From a virus (taxonomy: Duplodnaviria > Caudoviricetes), in the IMG/VR virus record IMGVR_UViG_3300036802_000026, positions 1 through 48,244 of that record: DNA of 48,244 bases; one strand, written 5' to 3'. Shown in pieces: positions 44,300 to 48,244 of the stretch (its first letter is position 1; every line of letters starts with the position of its first letter). Position numbers and translations under genes: made by a program. The notes beneath the pieces were generated by a model, which made no database searches, was not told the DNA's origin, and was given only the letters and a program-made list of their open reading frames with translations.

Positions 44300-44725
44300 C
44301 ATGACAGGAATGTCTCTTCTCTGGTGGGAAGCGCGCTCACTGCGATAGTGTGAGAACCAGAGAGACAGCATTTATCGGATCACCCCCAAGGTGTAACATC
44401 GGCCTTTAGATGCTGTCTCTGTGGTGATAAGTGAATCTGTAATGGGTAGCATGCCAAATAACCTTTCACAGGGCGCATGCCTAAGTCGCACGTAGCAGCC
44501 AACCACACACCATCACCTTGGACCGTGATGTCGGCCTACGGGCACCAGATAACGTAACTGGTCGATTTGTTGCCGTAAGCAACAACTCAGCGGTGATGAT
44601 TTTGAGAGGTCAATGGCAAAGTAGATCTCGCGACTGGTTAGCCACAATCATCAGCCGGTGCGTAAAGCGTAACCACTGCAATGTGATTTCCTTGCCTACT
44701 TAGGCGGCCCGAAAGGGCTTTTTTT
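44300..44725 (+). ncRNA. Candidate structured non-coding RNA
   Basis: No credible ORF; near-continuous hairpins; TAGAAT -10 box at 44290-44295; ends in an intrinsic terminator. Confidence 0.55.
44707..44725 (+). terminator. Intrinsic terminator upstream of the lysis genes
   Basis: GCCC-GAAA-GGGC-TTTTTTT. Confidence 0.85.
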
Positions 44726-44882
44726 ATGCCAATTCAAACTAAAAAACCTCTCTGCTTTGTAATTCCCGATCTAACCGCTATTATGGCTACATAATCTACA
44801 CATAGGACGATTCCTATACTTAATTGACCGGCAAGGGTGATACTAATGCAGGAGTCTATGGCATTAATAACGGGGTGTGCGT

Positions 44883-45233
44883 ATGAGCACCGCTGCAAAG
44901 GTGGGCACCATGTCCGATCCGAGTGATTTAGTCGTATATACTAGCTATTTCGGCACCGGCGGCCTGGCAATTCTTCTTCTAACGCGCGTATGGAAGCTTA
45001 TTTTCTCTGACCGTGCAGAAATTCAGATGATGAAAGAGCTGCAGGATGAGAACGCAAAGCTACGCACTAGGATCGAGGTTAAAGAGGCTGACAACCGATC
45101 ACTGATGCAGGAAAAGCTTACGTATGCTGCAGACCTTAGAAGCGCATTAGCAAAGATTGATTTTCTGTCTGAGCAACTTGAGCTTGTTAAGCAGGAGCTG
45201 GTGAGCCTAAAAAGCTCTGTGCGGGGTTCATAA
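44883..45233 (+). CDS. Single-TM plus coiled-coil protein (holin/antiholin-like); start uncertain
   Basis: Hydrophobic YFGTGGLAILLL then heptads; first gene of the lysis region. Confidence 0.6.
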   Translation: MSTAAKVGTMSDPSDLVVYTSYFGTGGLAILLLTRVWKLIFSDRAEIQMMKELQDENAKLRTRIEVKEADNRSLMQEKLTYAADLRSALAKIDFLSEQLELVKQELVSLKSSVRGS

Positions 45234-45544
45234 TGTTCAAGCTACCTATTGAGTTAAAGTTCGCTATCAGGCGAGCGTGGATAATGAGAAGGATATGGAT
45301 ACCCGCAATTATGCTTATGGCATGCATGGTCGCCATTGGGTTCGTGACTGGCAACTCTTCAGCAACTGCCCATTATAAAAAATCACTTGAAGAAGTTGAC
45401 GCTGCCTACAGATCAGCCAGCGAAAAACGCCGGGTCGTTCTTGCACAATGCTTAGCCAACAATGATAAACTATCCTCTCGACTTGCAGAGCTTGGCGACA
45501 AAACCGCTGACGCTCTGGATAAGCTAACCACAGAGAGGCAGTAA
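45233..45544 (+). CDS. Single-TM lysis-region protein
   Basis: TM segment IWIPAIMLMACMVAIGFV; directly upstream of the endolysin. Confidence 0.6.
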   Translation: MFKLPIELKFAIRRAWIMRRIWIPAIMLMACMVAIGFVTGNSSATAHYKKSLEEVDAAYRSASEKRRVVLAQCLANNDKLSSRLAELGDKTADALDKLTTERQ

Positions 45545-45546
45545 TC

Positions 45547-46014
45547 ATGACTAAGATTATTGATATCCTTAATTTCGAAGAGGGATTCAGGGAAAAACCA
45601 TATATCGACACGGAAGGTTACCCAACGGTCGGAACTGGTTTCCTGATCGGACCAAAAGGCGCGGCGCTTAGTAATTATCAATTCACCCTCCCCAAAGCAG
45701 CATCTGATGCCTGGCTTGATGAGTTGGTTAAAGCACGCAAAGAAGCTATGAATAAAAACGGCGTGATTTTAAATGCTCTGCGATCTTGCAATGATGCCCG
45801 CACTGACGTTCTGATCAGCATGGCCTATCAAATGGGTGTTGGCGGCCTGGCAGCATTCAAAAATACACTCTCAATGGTCGCAACTAAGAACTTTGAAGGC
45901 GCCGCTGCCGGCATGATGAATAGTCTCTGGGCGAAGCAGACCAGAAGTAGAGCTCTGCGCCATTCAGAGGTGATGCGATCCGGAACGTATGATGCATACA
46001 AGGGGCTGCTATGA
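45547..46014 (+). CDS. Endolysin, T4-lysozyme-like (GH24)
   Basis: EEGFREKPYIDTEGYPTVG matches the T4 lysozyme E-x8-D-x5-T triad; SLWAKQT..RA.R. Confidence 0.95.
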   Translation: MTKIIDILNFEEGFREKPYIDTEGYPTVGTGFLIGPKGAALSNYQFTLPKAASDAWLDELVKARKEAMNKNGVILNALRSCNDARTDVLISMAYQMGVGGLAAFKNTLSMVATKNFEGAAAGMMNSLWAKQTRSRALRHSEVMRSGTYDAYKGLL

Positions 46015-46367
46015 ATATCATTTACACCCTTCTCATCGTAATTTCCTCAGTGGTGGTTGTTCTTCTGATCAGAAAATACACCTCAGTTGAATTTGTGTCG
46101 CACGCAAAGCTTCTATTTAAAGCATGGTCAGTCTGGTTGAGCTCCGCTGGTGCATTTCTGGGCGTTTACCTGCTACAGGCGCCTGACGCACTTCTGGGTG
46201 CCTGGCACATGCTGCCTGATGAGCTCAAGACAATGCTGCCGGTTAACTTCAGTCAGTACGTAAGTTATGCTCTGATCGGGCTTGGCATCATCTCTCAGTT
46301 CATCAGGCAGAGAAAGCTTGTAGAGCAGAAACAACAGATGGAGGTGAAGGATGGAATTGATCACTAG
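46011..46367 (+). CDS. Putative holin
   Basis: Three hydrophobic segments; AWSVW motif; basic IRQRKL tail. Confidence 0.7.
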   Translation: MNIIYTLLIVISSVVVVLLIRKYTSVEFVSHAKLLFKAWSVWLSSAGAFLGVYLLQAPDALLGAWHMLPDELKTMLPVNFSQYVSYALIGLGIISQFIRQRKLVEQKQQMEVKDGIDH

Positions 46368-46644
46368 TTTATTCACTGGCGGAACGGCGTGGGCAGCTGC
46401 TTTAATTGCCGGCGCAGTGGCTTTAATCGCAACATATTTCGGCGGCAGGAAGATAGGAAAGACCCAGGAGAAAGCAAAGGCAGACGTGGCGGCTGCAAAG
46501 GTTGAATCACAGCAGGTTGCCGCGGCATCTGAAAAGCAGCAGCAAGCAACAAAGGCGGCAAAAGATGTCACTATTGAAAACCAGTCTGTTAGCGATGACG
46601 CTGCTCGTGAGCGCCTGCAGCAGTCCAAATATCATCGACCATAA
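46351..46644 (+). CDS. Inner-membrane spanin (Rz-like)
   Basis: N-terminal TM plus Ala/Gln/Lys helical periplasmic part; overlapped by a lipoprotein gene. Confidence 0.75.
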   Translation: MELITSLFTGGTAWAAALIAGAVALIATYFGGRKIGKTQEKAKADVAAAKVESQQVAAASEKQQQATKAAKDVTIENQSVSDDAARERLQQSKYHRP

Positions 46645-46807
46645 TCAGCCGACATCAGTAATCGACACCTCATGCTCTTCATTCTCGCCAATCTATACCT
46701 ACGGCGATGACTACAAGACCATGGATGTGCGTACTGTCCGGCAGATCAACACTCATAACCAGGTCTGGGAACAGCTATGCGGGAGTGAAAATGGACGTGT
46801 TAAATAA
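46565..46807 (+). CDS. Outer-membrane spanin lipoprotein (Rz1-like)
   Basis: MSLLKTSLLAMTLLVSA-C lipobox; overlaps the i-spanin in another frame; DTSC...HN..W..LC. Confidence 0.8.
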   Translation: MSLLKTSLLAMTLLVSACSSPNIIDHNQPTSVIDTSCSSFSPIYTYGDDYKTMDVRTVRQINTHNQVWEQLCGSENGRVK

Positions 46808-47051
46808 GCTTTATGCGCCAATCCGCTGGCTACTCACCAAAGAAAATAAGGCAGGAACCATGTCAGAACCAGCTAAAGATGTAATCAATGAACAGCAGGC
46901 CACAACGGCTCAGCTAAGTCCTGCTCAACAGTTAAGCGAAAATGATGATATTTCGCTCTTCGCAGCCAACCTTAAGAAGATTCTTATCGCTTCAGGCTGC
47001 GATGTCGATATCATCTTTGATGACGCCGTGAGCATCGCCAAAAAGATCTGA
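46791..47051 (+). CDS. Hypothetical protein
   Basis: GGAG RBS before MDVLNKL. Confidence 0.6.
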   Translation: MDVLNKLYAPIRWLLTKENKAGTMSEPAKDVINEQQATTAQLSPAQQLSENDDISLFAANLKKILIASGCDVDIIFDDAVSIAKKI

Positions 47052-47212
47052 TTCGCCGCCGCGAAGGTGGAGAGTGCCAACCGGAGCCAGCCACTGAAAA
47101 CAAAGCTAATCCGGCCTTCCTGCTCGCTGCGATGTCACCCTACAGGGTAGGCATCACAAAGCCATGCTCTGAATGGTTTGATGATGTCTATCAACCATAA
47201 AAGGGCACCATC

Positions 47213-47443
47213 ATGACAACTCAGCAGTTAACCATTACCTCTGACTGGACTCCTCTCACTGACGGGACTCAGACTAAATTCCTCGAACTGAGAACAGGAA
47301 CGCTGCTACTTCACGACGCAGACACAAAGCCCGCCGCTAATGCCCCAGGCCATAACATCACCGGCTCTGTGACCATTTCGCCGCCCACTAAAGCATGGGT
47401 AAAAGTCAGCTCTGGTGCTTCTGCCACCATTATCATTTCGTGA
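47213..47443 (+). CDS. Small beta-rich putative virion protein
   Basis: Thr-rich 76 aa directly upstream of the collagen-like gene. Confidence 0.65.
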   Translation: MTTQQLTITSDWTPLTDGTQTKFLELRTGTLLLHDADTKPAANAPGHNITGSVTISPPTKAWVKVSSGASATIIIS

Positions 47444-47451
47444 GGTGATCT

Positions 47452-48244
47452 ATGCCTATCAGACCTTCTGTGCTCATTGGCAAACAGATTGCCGAAATGC
47501 TTGATCCATCGAAAGCAGGTGATGGATATTTTTACCTCAAGGGCGATGCTAATACTGACGGCAGCTGGCGGGTGATGGTCGTCACTGGCAAGATCATGTC
47601 TTTCCAGTACCGGGAGGCTGGGATATGGTCAATTAAGCTTGCGATTAACGCCGACGAAAGCAAAAACTACATCCAGAAAACCGAAGACATCAACGCCTAT
47701 ATCAACATGGATGAGCTGCGCACTGCGCTGGCCATTAATGATGAAGGCGCCATGGATGGGCGATCGCCTATTATGGATATCATTGATGGCTATGTAGCCT
47801 GGCAGTATCCCGGGGATAATAAATGGCATAACCTGATCCCTATGTCACAACTTGTTGGTTCGCCTGGAAGTAATGGAGTTGACGGAAAGGATGGGGATCC
47901 GGGTAGCCCGGGAAATCCAGGGGAGCCAGGCCGTGATGGAAATGATGGAAAGCAGGTTCAGTTGCAGGTTGCCGATGGAAACGTTCAATGGAAGTATGAC
48001 AGCGATACATCATGGAATAATCTTGTCTCTTTATCATCGCTTTCAGGATCGCCAGGAAAAGACGGAGAAGATGGCACTAATGGATTGGATGGCAAGAATA
48101 TCAGCCTGCAGGTGTCTGGTGGATACATTCAATGGCGCCGTGATGGTGACGCTTCATGGTCCAATTTGATTGCAACATCATCACTTAAAGGTGACCCAGG
48201 AAGCCCAGGCACAAACGGCACTAATGGGCTTGATGGTGCTAGTG
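47452..48244 (+). CDS. 5' part of the collagen-like fibre protein (continues at base 128), not in ORF track
   Basis: GAGGTG RBS; ATG at 47452 (MPIRPSVLIG); no stop to the end of the window; in frame with 1..798. Confidence 0.85.
   Translation, partial: MPIRPSVLIGKQIAEMLDPSKAGDGYFYLKGDANTDGSWRVMVVTGKIMSFQYREAGIWSIKLAINADESKNYIQKTEDINAYINMDELRTALAINDEGAMDGRSPIMDIIDGYVAWQYPGDNKWHNLIPMSQLVGSPGSNGVDGKDGDPGSPGNPGEPGRDGNDGKQVQLQVADGNVQWKYDSDTSWNNLVSLSSLSGSPGKDGEDGTNGLDGKNISLQVSGGYIQWRRDGDASWSNLIATSSLKGDPGSPGTNGTNGLDGAS
48118..48244. repeat. Terminal direct repeat, copy 2
   Basis: Identical to 1-127. Confidence 0.95.

Noticed and set aside
44518-44703. 61-aa ORF in the ORF track
   Set aside because: TTG start without an RBS, no recognisable protein features, and it overlaps dense RNA stems
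44300-44725. tRNA genes in the structured intergenic region
   Set aside because: I could not find a canonical T-arm (GTTCRA) with a cloverleaf; tRNAscan-SE or ARAGORN would settle this
43597-44725. IscB/HEARO-type RNA-guided nuclease
   Set aside because: The protein lacks PLMP and RuvC motifs and looks like an ordinary phage HNH; a link to the RNA is kept only as a hypothesis

Overview
The window is an essentially complete, circularly assembled dsDNA tailed-phage (siphovirus-type) genome of 48,117 bp. Bases 1-127 are repeated exactly at 48118-48244, which fits an assembler overlap and headful packaging by a PBSX-type terminase. Gene content and sigma70-type signals suggest an Enterobacterales host (inference). 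The layout is lambdoid. A rightward late region (lysis, a collagen-like fibre gene crossing the origin, terminase, portal, head, tail, two receptor-binding proteins) converges at about 24.6 kb with a leftward early operon (recombination genes, a YadA-like autotransporter, many small genes). A rightward early operon carries cro-like, replication initiator, DnaB, RdgC, antirepressor, Lar, MT-A70 methylase, NinG and HNH genes. I could not recognise an integrase, CI, CII, N or Q. The most interesting observations are: a ~430-nt hairpin-dense non-coding region where Q/pR' would normally be; a self-contained promoter-operator-zinc-finger microgene-YadA cassette; two paralogous periplasmic proteins resembling the MliC/PliC fold; a predicted antisense RNA plus leader peptide in front of the replication initiator; a DUF551 family with conserved ends and variable middles; and two apparent single-base frameshifts. 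All family assignments are by recalled motif similarity and genomic context; no database search was run.
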